This document shows positions 36,750 through 50,376 of a stretch of DNA of 64,000 bases, piece by piece. The stretch's first letter is position 1. Each line of letters begins with the position of its first letter. Location of the stretch: positions 47,926,001 through 47,990,000 of the forward strand of contig OZ076414.1 in the NCBI GenBank assembly GCA_964187785.1. The letters are read 5' to 3'. The position numbers were made by a program, and so were the translations under genes. The DNA comes from Amphiscolops sp. MND2022. Lineage: Eukaryota. The notes under the pieces were generated by a model, which made no database searches, had not been told where the DNA came from, and saw nothing but the letters and a program-made list of their open reading frames with translations.

Positions 36750-39700
36750 TGTTAAGATCTCTTGGTTTACTATAAAACAATGTTGGTGACAAAGAGTTTT
36801 CATTCAACTATTTCGTATCAAAGTAACAAATGTAGTGAGATCTATGTAATGTAATGCAATAACATAAATATGACAGTAATTAGAGTTTGTTATCAAATAT
36901 GTTTAAACAACTCTCTGTCTAAAGTAGTTCAGTCTATGACCTCTACATTCCACATTTTCCCTCCTCCGGGTGGATTCCGTTTCGAGTGGAGGTAACTGCT
37001 GATGGTTCCGAATTAATAGGTTGAAGTTTTGGTATTCTGCTGTTTTCCGTATTTCACGGTTGATCGTCCGTATCTCACGGTTGCTTCTCTCTTCAGTTTG
37101 TTGTTGACTCGGTTGGCTGCTTTGGTTTTCCTGTAACATATAATTATTTATTTTTCTTTTATTATTATTTGTGGAATATGGGATACCGCCTAGTTTTTCG
37201 GTTTGTCTTGCGTTGGGTATTCTTTTCGATTTTCTCACCGTTAGTTGTGGTTCATTTATTAGTGGATTCGTTTTTATACCTGTTTCTGGGGTTAGGTTAG
37301 TTTCTTTGGGTAGTAGTTGTAGTTCGTCGTCTATGTTGGCATGGACGGGCTTTCCTTCGCTAGTATTGTAGCATTGGAATTCGTCGTCGGATACTATGCT
37401 CAGATCTAGATCCATCGGTTTTCCCGCCGGCTTGTCCGGGCTTGTGAACTGGCCTCTTTCGTTGCGCGGTTGTTCTTTCCTTTTCAGCCAATCTGCACTG
37501 TTTTCTGTATTCTCCGGTTTCGGTGCTTCTTTTCTACGGTATAGACAGGTATTTTCCATCGTCTTTGACCATGTTGGTTTTTCGGCCGTTGTTGTCAATC
37601 TGGTATTGATTTTTTTTGTCGGAGTTGTTGTAGCCTGAAAGGGTATCGGGTTAGATATTAGCTTCCTATGTAGGATTTTGTTCTTGTCCGTGGTTACCGT
37701 ATGTTTGGTCCCCGAGACTGCAGTTAATGGTTTGTTTTTAAATTTGCTTCCAAGTGAGCATTTTGTATGTGTTTTTTCAAAAAAGGTGAACGGGTAATTC
37801 GTATTTTTCTCTTTACTTACTGTATTTGACGGTTTTTGTTTTTGAGTGAAGGTCATCCCCTTCGTCTTTGACATCACCAAGTGGTCGGTAATCTCGCCGG
37901 CTGAGTTGCGGGTGATGTAGACTGATAAGTCCTTGGAATTGACTGAAATAGAATTTTTTAGATTAGATAGTTTTGTTCCAGGTTCTCGCCCGAAGTGTAA
38001 TTCGAACGGGGTTTTCTTTATTTCAGAATGTGTGGTGAAACGGAGGACATATAGGGCTTTGTTTAGGCTCTCGCGTAAATTTTGTGTTTCTTCTAAATTT
38101 GTTTTTGTTAGATTCTTCAGTGATTGGATGGTTCTTTCCACCAATCCCGTGCCAGTATGTAGGTTTGGTGTTCCGTATTTGCGGATTATGTTATATTCTT
38201 TGCAAAAGCTTTTGTACTCTTTTGAGATAAAAGCGCTGCCGTTGTCCGATTTAATTGTCTTCAGTACTCCCTATACAATTATATATTCCCGTAGGAATGT
38301 TATTACTGTATCGTGGTTGGTATTTTTGCAAATTTTCGCTACCGGCCAACGGCTATTTTTATCTACGGCTACTAAGATGAAAGGAGAAGAATCTAAATGT
38401 TTGCTATTCAAATTTCCCGTGAAATCAATTTGGACTTCTTCTCCTGGGTATTTTGGCGGTTCGAGTTTTGATTTTTCGGTACTAGGTAGTTGGGTTTTTA
38501 AATTCTTACCGGCATTCATGCAAGCGGAGCAGGTTTTGGCCTTCTTCTCGATGTCTGCTCTCATGTTTGGCCACCAAAAGATAACTGCATCATTGCACAT
38601 TTTATTTATTCCTGGGTGGCCGAAGTGTAGTGCGTTGAGTGCGGCGTAGCGTAGACTTTTGGGGATAATGATACGGTCGTCCACCATTGTTATTCCCCAG
38701 CGGTGGGTCAGTTTCTTTGCTACTTTTTTGTGGTCGTCTGGGATGGCTTGTGTGTTGTTGTCTTCGATGCAGCATTGAACTTCGATTAGGTCTGGATCTG
38801 CTGCCCATTCCTTGATTAGTGTTTCCAGGTCGAGCATAAAATCGAGTTCTGCGGCTCTGATGTTATCTTCTTGTTGTCGGTTTCTGGGGGCTTTTGTCTC
38901 GATAACCTTGTTGATGCGTACGTAATGTACGGCTATCTCTTCTATTGGGCCTTCGCGGTATTCTTGAACGGGGATCGCTGGGTAAGGCCCTGGTTCTTCC
39001 GTTATTACCGGTTCTTCGGGTGTTGAAGAGACCGTGGATTCGGTGTCCGGTGTGTGCTTCTGTGTTTTTGTGGTTTCCGTGTTGATTTCCGATGATGTGC
39101 CGGATGCTTGTGGAATTTCATCTCCAAAGTTTTTAAAGTAGCCGCCCCCGATATGTGTAACTCGGTTTTCTTCTTTCCTTCTCAAACGGATGTCAATGCG
39201 TTTGATTTCTTTTCTGTCTACGTCGTCCGGTCTTCTTGGAAGGAGTATTTCTCTCTCGAGTTTCTTGTGCCAGTGGTGTCGCATATGGCCCGGTCGTGTT
39301 AAATCAATTCTTCTTTCTACTAATTCTTGCGTCTCCGGTGAATTGTCTCTTCTGTTAATACTCTTCATGATTTCGTCATCGGCTCCCCAGTGGTATTTAA
39401 GTTTATCGTTTAAAGCAAATCGGTCCGGAATTTGACGGTTATTGTTATTGTTGTCCATTTTTGGTTCGCTGTAAGATTTGCAATTATCGTGAATGGTGTT
39501 GTTAATCTGATTAGCGGTCAAATTGGAATGATTTGTGTTTGTTTTGCTGTAGCGCGTACCAGTCCAGCTGTAGCGCGTATCATGCATGTTTGCCGTATCG
39601 CTGTTTTCTGATTGGTCGAAAATCCGTCCAATTCTGCCGTTTACCGTGGCTAGTTGCGCGATGGCGTTGATGACGAATTCTTCTTCGTATTTTTCCTCCG

Positions 39701-42688
39701 GTTCAGCGGTTTCCGTAGGGTTACGGCTAATGAAATCGGTGAATTTGATTTCTTTTCCGGCAGTGTGTTTTAATGATATGTCGAAATGGTTTAGTCTGTC
39801 TAACCACTAGACTGTTAGACTGTTAGTCGGGAGCTGTATTGTTTGTTGGTTTTGTTTCTCTTTAATAATGGTTCCAAAGCCTGGTGGTCGAAGAATAATT
39901 GAACCTGTTTTCCGTATAGGTGAAATCTGAACCGTTCAAGGCCCCAGACTACTGCTAGTAGTTCTAATTCACCGACGGAATATTTTTTCTCTGCGTCATT
40001 GAGATAGCGACTGGCATATGCAATAGCTTTCAATTCGCCGTTGTGTTGGGGTTGCCATAACGCTATGCCTAATCCGGTGTTGCATGCGTCGGTTGTAACA
40101 ATGTTTTCTTTGTTACCGTTGTAGTGTGCTAAACACGGTTGTGTTGTCAATTCTTTTTTCAGGTTGTTAAAGTCTATGTTTCGTTCTTCTGTCCACTCCC
40201 ATTTTATTCCTTTTTTCAGTAGTTGTCTCATATTGTCCGTCTTTTCGGATAAATTTGGTATGAATTTTGCAAAATATTGTATTGCTCCCAAAAATGATTT
40301 TAGGGTTTTTGTATTTGTCGGTGGGTTTAATTCGTTGATTGCGTCCGTTTTTTCTTTGTTCGGTCGAATTCCATCTTGTGATATGGTGTGTCCAAGCCAT
40401 ACCGATTCTTTTTGGTAAAATTTTGACTTCTTTTTGCTGGCCTTATAGCCTTTTGTTTTCCAGTTTTGCTAGGACTGATTCTAATTTTTAAGTATTTTGT
40501 TCCTTTGTTCCGCGGGTCACGATTATTATATCGTCCAGCCATACTGGTATTTGGTGGCCGAGGGTTCGGTCTATTTTCTCCTGAAAGATGGTGGGTATGT
40601 CGGCTGGTCCGTAAAAGCCCTTTAGGAATCGGTAATATCCGTTGATTTTCTCTCCTGTGATGGCAAAGTTACAGTGTTTGCTTGTTTCCGGTGATAGTTT
40701 CATTTGTCCGTAAGCATAGTCCAAATCTATGATTGATATCCAGATTGGGTCTAGTTCGTTTTTTGATAATTCGGAAGAGATTTGGTTTAGCAGTTCATCC
40801 ATGTTTGGCATGTGTGGTCTTTTCTTTATACAGCTGTCGTTTAGTTTCCGGGCATCGAGTGCAATTTTGACAGTTTTGTCCTTTTTTACCGTAATTACAA
40901 CGGGGGATACGAAGCAATCTTCTTCGATTGTTTCTAGTCTTCGTAAATGTCCGGATTTTATTAATCGGTCTAGTTCGTTTTTTACGTCGTCTTGTAGGTG
41001 GTACGGTATTGGTCGTGCTTTTTGTTGTATTGGGTAACAACCCGGTTTTATCTGTATTTTCACATCCGCGTTCTTAATAGTGCGGTTTGTTTCAAATAGT
41101 TTCTTGAATTTCGCATGTATCTTTGTTGTTTCTGATTGGTCGGTGTTGTTGTCCAATGAAATTTTGTTGATGGTAATTGGCAGTTGTTTTAGCCAATTTA
41201 CTCCCAGTAGGGGTGTGATGTCGGTTCTCTTTGTGATTAGTAATGGTAATTTGATGTATTTGCCATTATACTTGGTGTCTACCCATAATTTCCCCAGAAA
41301 TGTGATTTCGTTTTTGTTTACATCTTGGTATCTCTCTTTTAACGGTTGGATATTTTCTGGGTTGTACAGTGTGGGGTTGTTCGGCATAATGGTGACCGGA
41401 GAGCCGGTATCGATAATAAACTTTTGGTTTTTCCCGTTTATTTTTATTTCGACACCATAGTGGTCGTTGTTGTCCGGTGTTATTTTGTTGATTCGTGTGA
41501 TTTGGAGTATTTCTTCGAATTCACTGTTTTCGTCTTCTTCTTCGGAGGTCATATCTTCCAGGTAGTAGATTCTTTTTGTTTTGTTTGGTTTCGTGCTGCA
41601 TACCCGGGCGAAGTGTCCCGTTCTCTGGCAGTTGTTGCATTTTACCGTTTTCGCCGGGCAGTTATTTTGGGGTGTCCAATTTTGTTGTCCGCAGAATCTG
41701 CAGTTGTTTTTCTTTTGTTTTGGTTGTTCTCGATATTGTTTTGTTTGGTTTTTTTGGATCGGTTCTTGTTTTATTTCTTTGTCTTTCGCCAATGCGGGTG
41801 GTATGGTTGATTGTTTATGTCGGCGGTCGTAGCTGTCTTGTGTAATAAGTTTTATGGTGGTTTTCAGATTGAGGGTTTTTTGGCGGATCAGTTTTTCCCG
41901 GAGTTTTTTATCGGTTATGCTTATGATAAATTTCGATATGAGTAGGTCTTCTTGTTTGATATCTTTGAAATCACATGTTTTTTCCAACGTTATCAGCTTT
42001 TTCCAATGTTCCTCGGGTGTTTCGTTTTCCTCTTGCTTGGCCTAGAAGAAATCTCCACGGCAGTGGTATGTATTTCTTTTGGGCATATAGTATTCCCGGA
42101 ACAATTGAATTATCTTGTCGGTTTTTATTGTGTCTGGGTCCGTGTTGAATTCTCCTTTCGTGATGATTTCAATTGCCGACGGTCCGGCGCCCCAAATGAA
42201 ATCTTGTCTGATTTCCGGTTCTTTTGTGTCCCATGGGTCACCGATAGGTACCGTATCGTCGGTTAATATCGGTTTGATATCTATGTTGTGGATTCTTTTT
42301 ATGTAATGTCGAAATCTCTCGGTCCATTCTTTTGGTGTGTATATTTTCTTCCCGTCAAGTCCGGTGTCTTCTAGGTAAGGTAGTTGTATCTTAGTTGCCA
42401 CGGCCATTATTGATATTCGTTGGTTGGTAAAAATGTTTCGTGTTTTAAGAAGGTTTGGTAAAATGAAATCTTGCTACTGCGCCATGTTAAGATCTCTTGG
42501 TTTACTATAAAACAATGTTGGTGACAAAAGTTTTCATTCAACTAGTTCGTATCAAAGTAACAAATGTAGTGAGATCTATGTAATGTAATGCAATAACATA
42601 AATATGACAGTAATTAGAGTTTGTTATCAAATATGTTTAAACAACTCTCTGTCTAAAGTAGTTCAGTCTATGACCTCTACATTCCACA
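36750..42688 (-). mobile_element. Gypsy element B1 (short-LTR, Mag-like), disrupted
   Basis: LTRs 36750-36954 (205 bp) and 42485-42688 (204 bp), TG...CA; primer site TGGCGCAGTAGCAA (42484-42471, tRNA-Ser-like by inference); purine tract CCCGGAGGAGGGAAAA; gag-pol fragments with several stops and frameshifts. Confidence 0.95.
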
Positions 42689-45271
42689 TTACTTTTTTAC
42701 GGTTGATGTTTTTTACGGTTGATGTGTATAAGAATGGTAATGGCAAATCAAATTTTATTGCAGCCATGGTGAAATTGTTGCTATTTCGTTTTTAATTTCC
42801 TCCCACATTTTACAAATGGGGGAGGAAAATCATTATCTGTGATTCGTTTTTTCCCAAATTTTGCCAAATCTCCACAATCTCCACCTTTTGATTACTTGAC
42901 TTGATGAACATAATTCAAGTCCTCTCTCTCTCTCTCAAAGTAAAAATGGGAATAAGATCTAAAGGGAATGAGAGAAGAGAGAGAAATTAATTTCCCCATT
43001 ACCGCAGGGTGGACGCCGAATAAGCAGTTCTGCTTTTCTAAGTCGGCGCCCAATAAGATCTAAAAATCAGGACGGGAATAATATCTAAAAGAAATAAGAT
43101 CTAAAATCACTAAGTATTAGATCTTATTCTTTAGATCCTTTAAATCCAGAAATTTCCTCGTCAAAAATATCGTCGTCGGAAATTTCGTCTTTTGGACTGG
43201 AATTACCAGCATTCACGAAAAGACATCATTAGAGTTATTCAATTATTTAATTATTACAATGAGATATTGGTAACAAGTTTTTTTGACACCAAAATTGAGT
43301 CAAAAAGTAAATTGCAATCAATCAACTCATCAAGACGCTCATTGAGCAATAGTATATTTTCGGTTGCTAATTTTAATTTATAGCGGAGAAAGTTTGCCTT
43401 GATATCGTGGCTTTACTATACAATATAAACTTGTTCCAGGGTTGAGTTTTGTTTTTTTTCGTCACAAAAGTATCAATAAAATCTGGGTAATTTTTGCTTC
43501 AAGTGTCGAAACAACTTCGTGTTTGGGTTGGTAAAACACAAGGTGTATCTGGGGGAGAAAGAACATGGTCCGAAACTTTTTCTCTCAAATCATAACTAAT
43601 ATAGCAATAATTGTACAAATAAAGATAATCATTAAGATAATTATCATGACTCGATAAATAATAAGACTTAAAAAAATAGACGATTCTTAATAGATTAGAC
43701 AAAATGATGCGACATTTTATAGAACGTAATTACCGACGACGAAACTTCTGACGACAAAATTTCTGACGACAAAATTTCCGGCGACGAAGTTTCTGGCGAC
43801 GAAGTTTCCGACAACGAAAATTCTGGTAAGCTTGAATAGGAATGCAAACCTAGCAAAAATCTTGTAATTTTTTACGGTTGATGTTTTCTTCAAAAACTTT
43901 CGAAAGACGAATCATCCCCAGCAATATTTGTTTCAGGACGAAAATGCTATTTTCGCAAGACTTTTCAAGGAAACCCTCTCATCACAGGAATAAGTCATAG
44001 CGAAATTCTCGCAAAATCTTCGCAATGAAGGCTTTGTGTATAAGAATGTTAATGGCAAATCAAATTTTATTGCAGCCATGGTGAAATTGTTGCTATTTCG
44101 TTTTTATTTTCCTCCCACATTTTACAAATGGGGAAGGAAAATCATTATCTGTGATTGTTAAGATCTCTTGGTTTACTATAAAACAATGTTGGTGACAAAG
44201 AGTTTTCATTCAACTATTTCGTACCAAAGTAACAAATGTAGTGAGATCTATGTAATGTAATGCAATAACATAAATATCACAGTAATTAGAGTTTGTTATC
44301 AAATGTGTTTAAACAACTCTCTGTCTAAAGTAGTTCAGTCTATGACCTCTACATTCCACATTCCCCCTCCTCCGGGTGAATTCCGTTTCGAGTGGAGGTA
44401 ACTGCTGATGGTTCCGAATTAATCAGTTGAAGTTTTGGTATTCTGCTGTTTTCCGTATTTCACGGTTGATCGTCCGTATCTCACGGTTGCTTCTCTCTTC
44501 AGTTTGTTGTTGACTCGGTTGGCTGGTTTGGTTTTCCTGTAACATATAATTATTTATTTTTCTTTTATTATTATTTGTGGAATATGGGATACCGCCTAGT
44601 TTTTCGGTTTGTCTTGCGTTGGGTATTCTTTTCGATTTTCTCACCGTTAGTTGTGGTTCATTTATTAGTGGATTCGTTTTTATACCTGCTTCTCGGGTTA
44701 GGTTAGTTTCTTTGGGTAGTAGTTGTAGTTCGTCGTCTATGTTGGCATGGACGGACTTTCCTTCGCGAGTATTGTAGCATTGGAATTCGTCGTCGGATAC
44801 TATGCTCAGGTCTAGATCCATCGGTTTTCCCGCCGGCTTGTCTGGGCTTGTGAACTGGCCTCTTTCGTTGCGCGGTTGTTCTTTCCTTTTCAGTCAATCT
44901 GCACTGTTTTCTGTATTCTCCGGTTTCGGTGCTTCTTTTCTACTGTATAGACAGGTATTTTCCATCGTCTTTGAGCATGTTGGTTTTTCGGCCGTTGTTG
45001 TCAATCTGGTATTGATTCTTTTTGTCGGAGTTGTTGTAGCCTGAAAGGGAATCGGGTTAGATATTAGCTTCCTATGTAGGATTCTGTTCTTGTCCGTGGT
45101 TACCGTATGTTTGGTCCCCGAGACTGCAGTTAATGGTTTGTTTTTAAATTTGCTTCCAAGTGAGCATTTTGTATGTGTTTTTTCAAAAAAGGTGAACGGG
45201 TAATTCGTATTTTTCTCTTTACTTACCGTATTTGACGGTTTTTGTTTTTGGGTAAAGGTCATCCCCCTCCA

Positions 45272-46732
45272 TTATTTCGGGTCATTTGTCTTCTTCTTTG
45301 ACATCACCATGTGGTCGGTAATCTCGCCGGCTGAGTTGCGTGTGATGTAGACTGATAAGTCCTTGGAATTGACTGAAATAGAATTTTTTAGATTAGATAG
45401 TTTTGTTCCAGGTTCTCGCCCGAAGTGTAATTCGAACGGGGTTTTCTTTATTTCAGAATGTGTGGTGAAACGGAGGACATATGGGGCTTTAATTAGGCTC
45501 TCGCGTAAATTTTGTGTTTCTTCTAAATTTGTTTTTGTTAGATTCGTCAGTGATTGGATGGTTCTTTCCACCAATCACGTGCCAGTATGTAGGTTTGGTG
45601 TTCCGTATTTGCGGATTATGTTATATTCTTTGCAAAAGCTTTTGTACTCTTTTGAGATAAAAGCGCTGCCGTTGTCCGATTTAATTGTCTTCGGTACTCC
45701 GTATACATTTATATATTCCCGTAGGAATGTTATTATTGTATCGTGGTTGGTATTTTTGCAAATTTTCGCTACCGGCCAACGGCTATTTTTATCTACGGCT
45801 ACTAAGATGAAAGGAGAGGAATCTAAATGTTTGCTATTCAAATTTCCCGTAAAATCAATTTGGATTTCTTCTCTTGGGTATTTTGGCGATTCGAGTTTTG
45901 ATTTTTCGGTACTAGGTAGTTGGGTTCTTAAATTCTTACCGGCATTCGGGCAAGCGGAGCAGGTTTTGGCCTTCTTCCCGATGTCTGCTCTCATGTTTGG
46001 CCACCAAAAGATAACTGCATCATTGCACATTTTATTTATTCCTGCGTGGCCGAAGTGTAGTGCGTTGAGTGCGGCGTAGCGTAGACTTTTGGGGATAATG
46101 ATACGGTCGTCCACCATTGTTATTCCCAAGCGGTGGGTCAGTTTCTTTGCTACTTGTTTGTAGTCGTCTGGGATGGCTTGTGTGTTGTTGTCTTCGATGC
46201 ATCATTGAACTTCGATTAGGTCTGGATCTGCTGCCGTTTCCTTGATTAGTGTTTCCAGGTCGAGCATAAAATCGAGTTCTGCGGCTCTGATGTTATCTTC
46301 TTGTTGTCGGTTTCTGGGGTTTTTTGTCTCGATAACCTTGTTGATGCGTACGTAATGTACGGCTATCTCTTCTATTGGGCCTTCGCGGTATTCTTGAACG
46401 GGGATCGCTGGGTAAGACCCTGGTTCTTCCGTTATTACCGGTTCTTCTGGTGTTGAAGAGACCGTGGATTCGGTATCCGGTGTGTGCTTCTGTGTTTTTG
46501 TGGTTTCCGTGTTGATTTCCGATGATGTGCCGGATGCTTGTGGAATTTCATCTCCAAAGTTCTTAAAGTAGCCGCAACCGATATGTGTAACTCGGTTTTC
46601 TTTTTTCCTTCTCAAACGGATGTCAATGCGTTTGATTTCTTTTCTGTCTACGTCGTCCGTTCTTCTTGGAAGGAGTATTTCTCTCTCGAGTTTCTTGTGC
46701 CAGTGGTGTCGCATATGGCCCGGTCGTGTCAA
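45272..46732 (-). pseudogene. pol: B2 integrase, split by lesions
   Basis: LHFGHAG...CSAC, QIDFTG, SDNGSAF, VERTIQ across ORFs 46202-46732, 45575-46129 and 45272-45574. Confidence 0.9.
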
Positions 46733-46839
46733 TTCAATTCTTCTTTCTACTTATTCTTGCGTCTCCGGTGAATTGTCTCTTCTGTTAATAATCTTCATGA
46801 TTTCGTCATCGGCTCCCCAGTGGTATTTAAGTTTATCGT

Positions 46840-49824
46840 TTAAAGCAAATCGGTCCGGAATTTGACGGTTATTGTTATTGTTGTCCATTTTTGTTCGCTG
46901 TAAGATTTGCAATTATCGTGAATGGTGTTGTTAATCTGCTTAGCGGTCAAATTGGAATGATTTGTGTTTGTTTTGCTGTAGCGCGTACCAGTCCAGCTGT
47001 AGAGCGTATCATGCATGTTTGCCGTATCGCTGTTTTCTGATTGGTCGAAAATCCGTCCAATTCTGCCGTTTACCGTGGCTAGTTGCGCGATGGCGTTGAT
47101 GACGAATTCTTCTTCGTAATTTCTTTTCGGTTCAGCGGTTTCCGTAGGGTTACGGCTAATGAAATCGGTGAATTTGATTTCTTTTCCGGCAGTGTGTTTT
47201 AATGATATGTCGAAATGGTTTAGTCTGTCTAACCACCGTGTTAGTCGGGCGCTGTATTGTTTGTTGGTTTTGTTTCTCTTTAATAATGGTTCCAAAGCCT
47301 GGTGGTCGGAGAATAATTGAACTTGTTTTCCGTATGGGTGAAATCTGAACCGTTCAAGGCCCCAGACTACTGCTAGTAGTTCTAATTCACCGACGGAATA
47401 TTTTTTCTCTGCGTCATTGAGATAGCGACTGGCATATGCAATAGCTTTCAATTCGCCGTTGTGTTGGCGTTGCCATAGCGCTATGCCTAATCCGGTGTTG
47501 CATGCGTCGGTTGTAACAATGTTTTCTTTGTTACCGTTGTAGTGTGCTAAACACGGTTGTGTTGTCAATTCTTGTTTCAGGTTGTTAAAGTCTGTGTTTC
47601 GTTCTTCTGTCCACTCCCATTTCATTCCTTTTTTCAGTAGTTGTCTCATATTGTCCGTCTTTTCGGATAGATTTGGTATGAATTTTGCAAAATATTGTAT
47701 TGCTCCCAAAAATGATTTTAGGGTTTTTGTATTTGTCGGTGGGTTTAATTTGTTGATTGCGTCCGTTTTTTCTTTGTTCGGTCGGATTCCATCTTGTGAT
47801 ATGGTGTGTCCAAGCCATACCGATTCTTTTTGGTAAAATTTTGACTTCTTTTTGCTGGCCTTATAGCCTTCGTTTTCCAGTTTTGCTAGGACTGATTCTA
47901 ACTTTTGTGTATGTTGTTCCTTTGTTCCGCGTGTCACGATTATTATATCGTCCAGCCATACTGGTATTTGGTGGCCGAGGGTTCGGTCTATTTTCTCCTG
48001 AAAGATGGTGGGTATGTCGGCTAGTCCGTAAAAACCCTTTAAGAATCGGTAATATCCGTTGATTTTCTCTCCTGTAATGGCAAAGTTACAGTGTTTGCTT
48101 GTTTCCGGTGATAGTTTCATTTGTCCGTAAGCATAGTCCAAATCTATGATTGATATCCAGATTGGGTCTAGTTCGTTTTTTGATAATTCGGAAGAGATTT
48201 GGTTTAGCAGTTCATCCATGTTTGGCATGTGTGGTCTTTTCTTTATACAGCTGTCGTTTAGTTTCCGGGCGTCGAGTGCAATTTTGACCGTTTTGTCCTT
48301 TTTTACCGTAATTACAACGGGGGATACGAAGCAATCTTCTTCGATTGTTTCTAGTCTTTGTAAATGTCCGGATTTTATTAATCGGTCTAGTTCGTTTTTT
48401 ACGTCGTCTTGTAGGTGGTACGGTATTGGTCGTGCTTTTTGTTGTATTGGGTAACAACCCGGTTTTATCTGTATTTTCACATCCGCGTTCTTAATAGTCA
48501 GGTTTGTTTCAAATAGTTTCTTGAATTTCGCATGTATCTTTGTTGTTTCTGATTGGTCGGTGTTGTTGTCCAATGAAATTTTGTTGATGGTAATTGGCAG
48601 TTGTTTTAGCCAATTTACTCCCAGTAGGGGTGTGATGTCGGTTCTCTTTGAGATTAGTAATGGTAATTTGATGTTTTTGCCGTTATACTTGGTGTCTACC
48701 CATACTTTCCCCAGAAATGTGATTTCGTTTTTGTTTACATCTTGGTATCTCTCTTTTAACGGTTGGATATTTTCTGGGTTGTACAGTGTGGGGTTGTTCG
48801 GCATAATGGTGACCGCAGAGCCGGTATCGATAATAAACTTTTGGTTTTTCCCGTTTATTTTTATTTCGACACCATAGTGGTCGTTGTTGTCCGGTGTTAT
48901 TTTGTTGATTCGTGTGATTTGGAGTATTTCTTCGAATTCACTGTTTTCGTCTTCTTCTTCGGAGGTCATATCTTCCAGGTAGTTGATTCTTTTTGTTTTG
49001 TTTGGTTTCGTGCGGCATACCCGGGCGAAGTGTCCTGTTCTCTGGCAGTTGTTGCATTTTACCGTTTTCGCCGGGCAATTATGTTGGGGTGTCCAATTTT
49101 GTTGTCCGCAGAACCTGCAGTTGTTTTTCTTTTGTTTTGGTTGTTCTCGATATTGTTTTGTTTGGATTTTTTGGATCGGTTCTTGTTTTAATTCTTTGTC
49201 TTTCGCCAATGCGGGTGGTATGGTTGATTGTTTATGTCGGCGGTCGTAGCTGTCTTGTGTAAGAGGTTTTATGGTGGTTTTCAGATTGAGGGTTTTTTCG
49301 CGGATCAGTTTTTCCCGGAGTTTTTTATCGGTTATGCTTGTGATAAATTTCGATATGAGTAGGTCTTCTTGTTTGATATCTTTGAAATCACATGTTTTTT
49401 CTAACGTTATCAGCTTTTTCCAATGTTCCTTGGGTGTTTCGTTTTCCTCTTGCTTGGCCCAGAAGAAATCTGCACGGCTGTGGTATGTATTTCTTTTGGG
49501 CATATAGTATTCCCGGAACAGTTGAATTAACTTGTCGGTTTTTATTGTGTCTGGGTCCGTGTTGAATTCTCCTTTCGTGATGATTTCAATTGCCGACGGT
49601 CCGGCGCCCCAAATGAAATCTTGTCTGATTTCCGGTTCTTTTGTGTCCCATGGGTCACCGGTAGGTACCGTATCGTCGGTTAATATCGGTTTGATATCTA
49701 TGTTGTGGATTCTTTTTATGTAATGTCGAAATCTCTCGGTCCATTCTTTTGGTGTGTATATTTTCTTCCCGTCAAGTCCGGTGTCTTCTAGGTAAGGTAG
49801 TTGTATCTTAGTTGCCACGGCCAT
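46840..49824 (-). CDS. gag-pol: B2 Gag-protease-RT-RNase H polyprotein, 994 aa open
   Basis: CRFCG...HNC and CNNCQRTGHFARVC knuckles, IIDTGS, IALDARKLN, VWLDDIII, TTDACNTG, SVGELELL; frameshift near 46880 before integrase. Confidence 0.95.
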   Translation of the reverse strand: MAVATKIQLPYLEDTGLDGKKIYTPKEWTERFRHYIKRIHNIDIKPILTDDTVPTGDPWDTKEPEIRQDFIWGAGPSAIEIITKGEFNTDPDTIKTDKLIQLFREYYMPKRNTYHSRADFFWAKQEENETPKEHWKKLITLEKTCDFKDIKQEDLLISKFITSITDKKLREKLIREKTLNLKTTIKPLTQDSYDRRHKQSTIPPALAKDKELKQEPIQKIQTKQYREQPKQKKNNCRFCGQQNWTPQHNCPAKTVKCNNCQRTGHFARVCRTKPNKTKRINYLEDMTSEEEDENSEFEEILQITRINKITPDNNDHYGVEIKINGKNQKFIIDTGSAVTIMPNNPTLYNPENIQPLKERYQDVNKNEITFLGKVWVDTKYNGKNIKLPLLISKRTDITPLLGVNWLKQLPITINKISLDNNTDQSETTKIHAKFKKLFETNLTIKNADVKIQIKPGCYPIQQKARPIPYHLQDDVKNELDRLIKSGHLQRLETIEEDCFVSPVVITVKKDKTVKIALDARKLNDSCIKKRPHMPNMDELLNQISSELSKNELDPIWISIIDLDYAYGQMKLSPETSKHCNFAITGEKINGYYRFLKGFYGLADIPTIFQEKIDRTLGHQIPVWLDDIIIVTRGTKEQHTQKLESVLAKLENEGYKASKKKSKFYQKESVWLGHTISQDGIRPNKEKTDAINKLNPPTNTKTLKSFLGAIQYFAKFIPNLSEKTDNMRQLLKKGMKWEWTEERNTDFNNLKQELTTQPCLAHYNGNKENIVTTDACNTGLGIALWQRQHNGELKAIAYASRYLNDAEKKYSVGELELLAVVWGLERFRFHPYGKQVQLFSDHQALEPLLKRNKTNKQYSARLTRWLDRLNHFDISLKHTAGKEIKFTDFISRNPTETAEPKRNYEEEFVINAIAQLATVNGRIGRIFDQSENSDTANMHDTLYSWTGTRYSKTNTNHSNLTAKQINNTIHDNCKSYSEQKWTTITITVKFRTDLL

Positions 49825-50376
49825 TATTGATATTCGTTGGTTGGTAAAAATGTTTCGCGTTTTAAGAAGGTTTGGTAAAATAAAATCTTGCTACTGCGCC
49901 ATGTTAAGATCTCTTGGTTTACTATAAAACAATGTTGGTGACAAAAGTTTTCATTCAACTATTTCGTATCAAAGTAGCAAATGTAGTGAGATCTATGTAA
50001 TGTAATGCAATAACATAAATATGACAGTAATTAGAGTTTGTTATCAAATATGTTTAAACAACTCTCTGTCTAAAGTAGTTCAGTCTATGACCTCTACATT
50101 CCACATTACTTTTTTACGGTTGATGTTTTTTACGGTTGATGTTTTTTACGGTTGATGTGTATAAGAATGTTAATGGCAAATCAAATTTTATTGCAGCCAT
50201 GGTGAAATTGTTGCTATTTCGTTTTTATTTTCCTCCCACATTTTACAAATGGGGGAGGAAAATCATTATCTGTGATTCGTTTTTTCCCAAATTTTGCCAA
50301 ATCTCCACAATCTCCACCTTTTGATTACTTGACTTGATGAACATAATTCAAGTCCTCTCTCTCTCTCTCTCTCTCG

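Larger units (their letters stand above)
44156..50105 (-). mobile_element. Gypsy element B2, near intact
   Basis: LTRs 44156-44360 and 49902-50105; same primer site (49901-49888) and purine tract. Confidence 0.95.
35728..50375. repeat. Tandem segmental duplication, about 7.3 kb x2 (35728-43140 and 43141-50375)
   Basis: Both units start TAAATCCAGAAATTTCC and contain MITE, flank, full element B and flank in the same order; about 98% identical in spot checks. Confidence 0.9.

Noticed and set aside
37933-46079. 238-aa plus-strand ORFs at 37933-38649 and 45363-46079 and similar antisense ORFs over pol
   Set aside because: Shadow frames of integrase or RT, repeated only because the region is duplicated.
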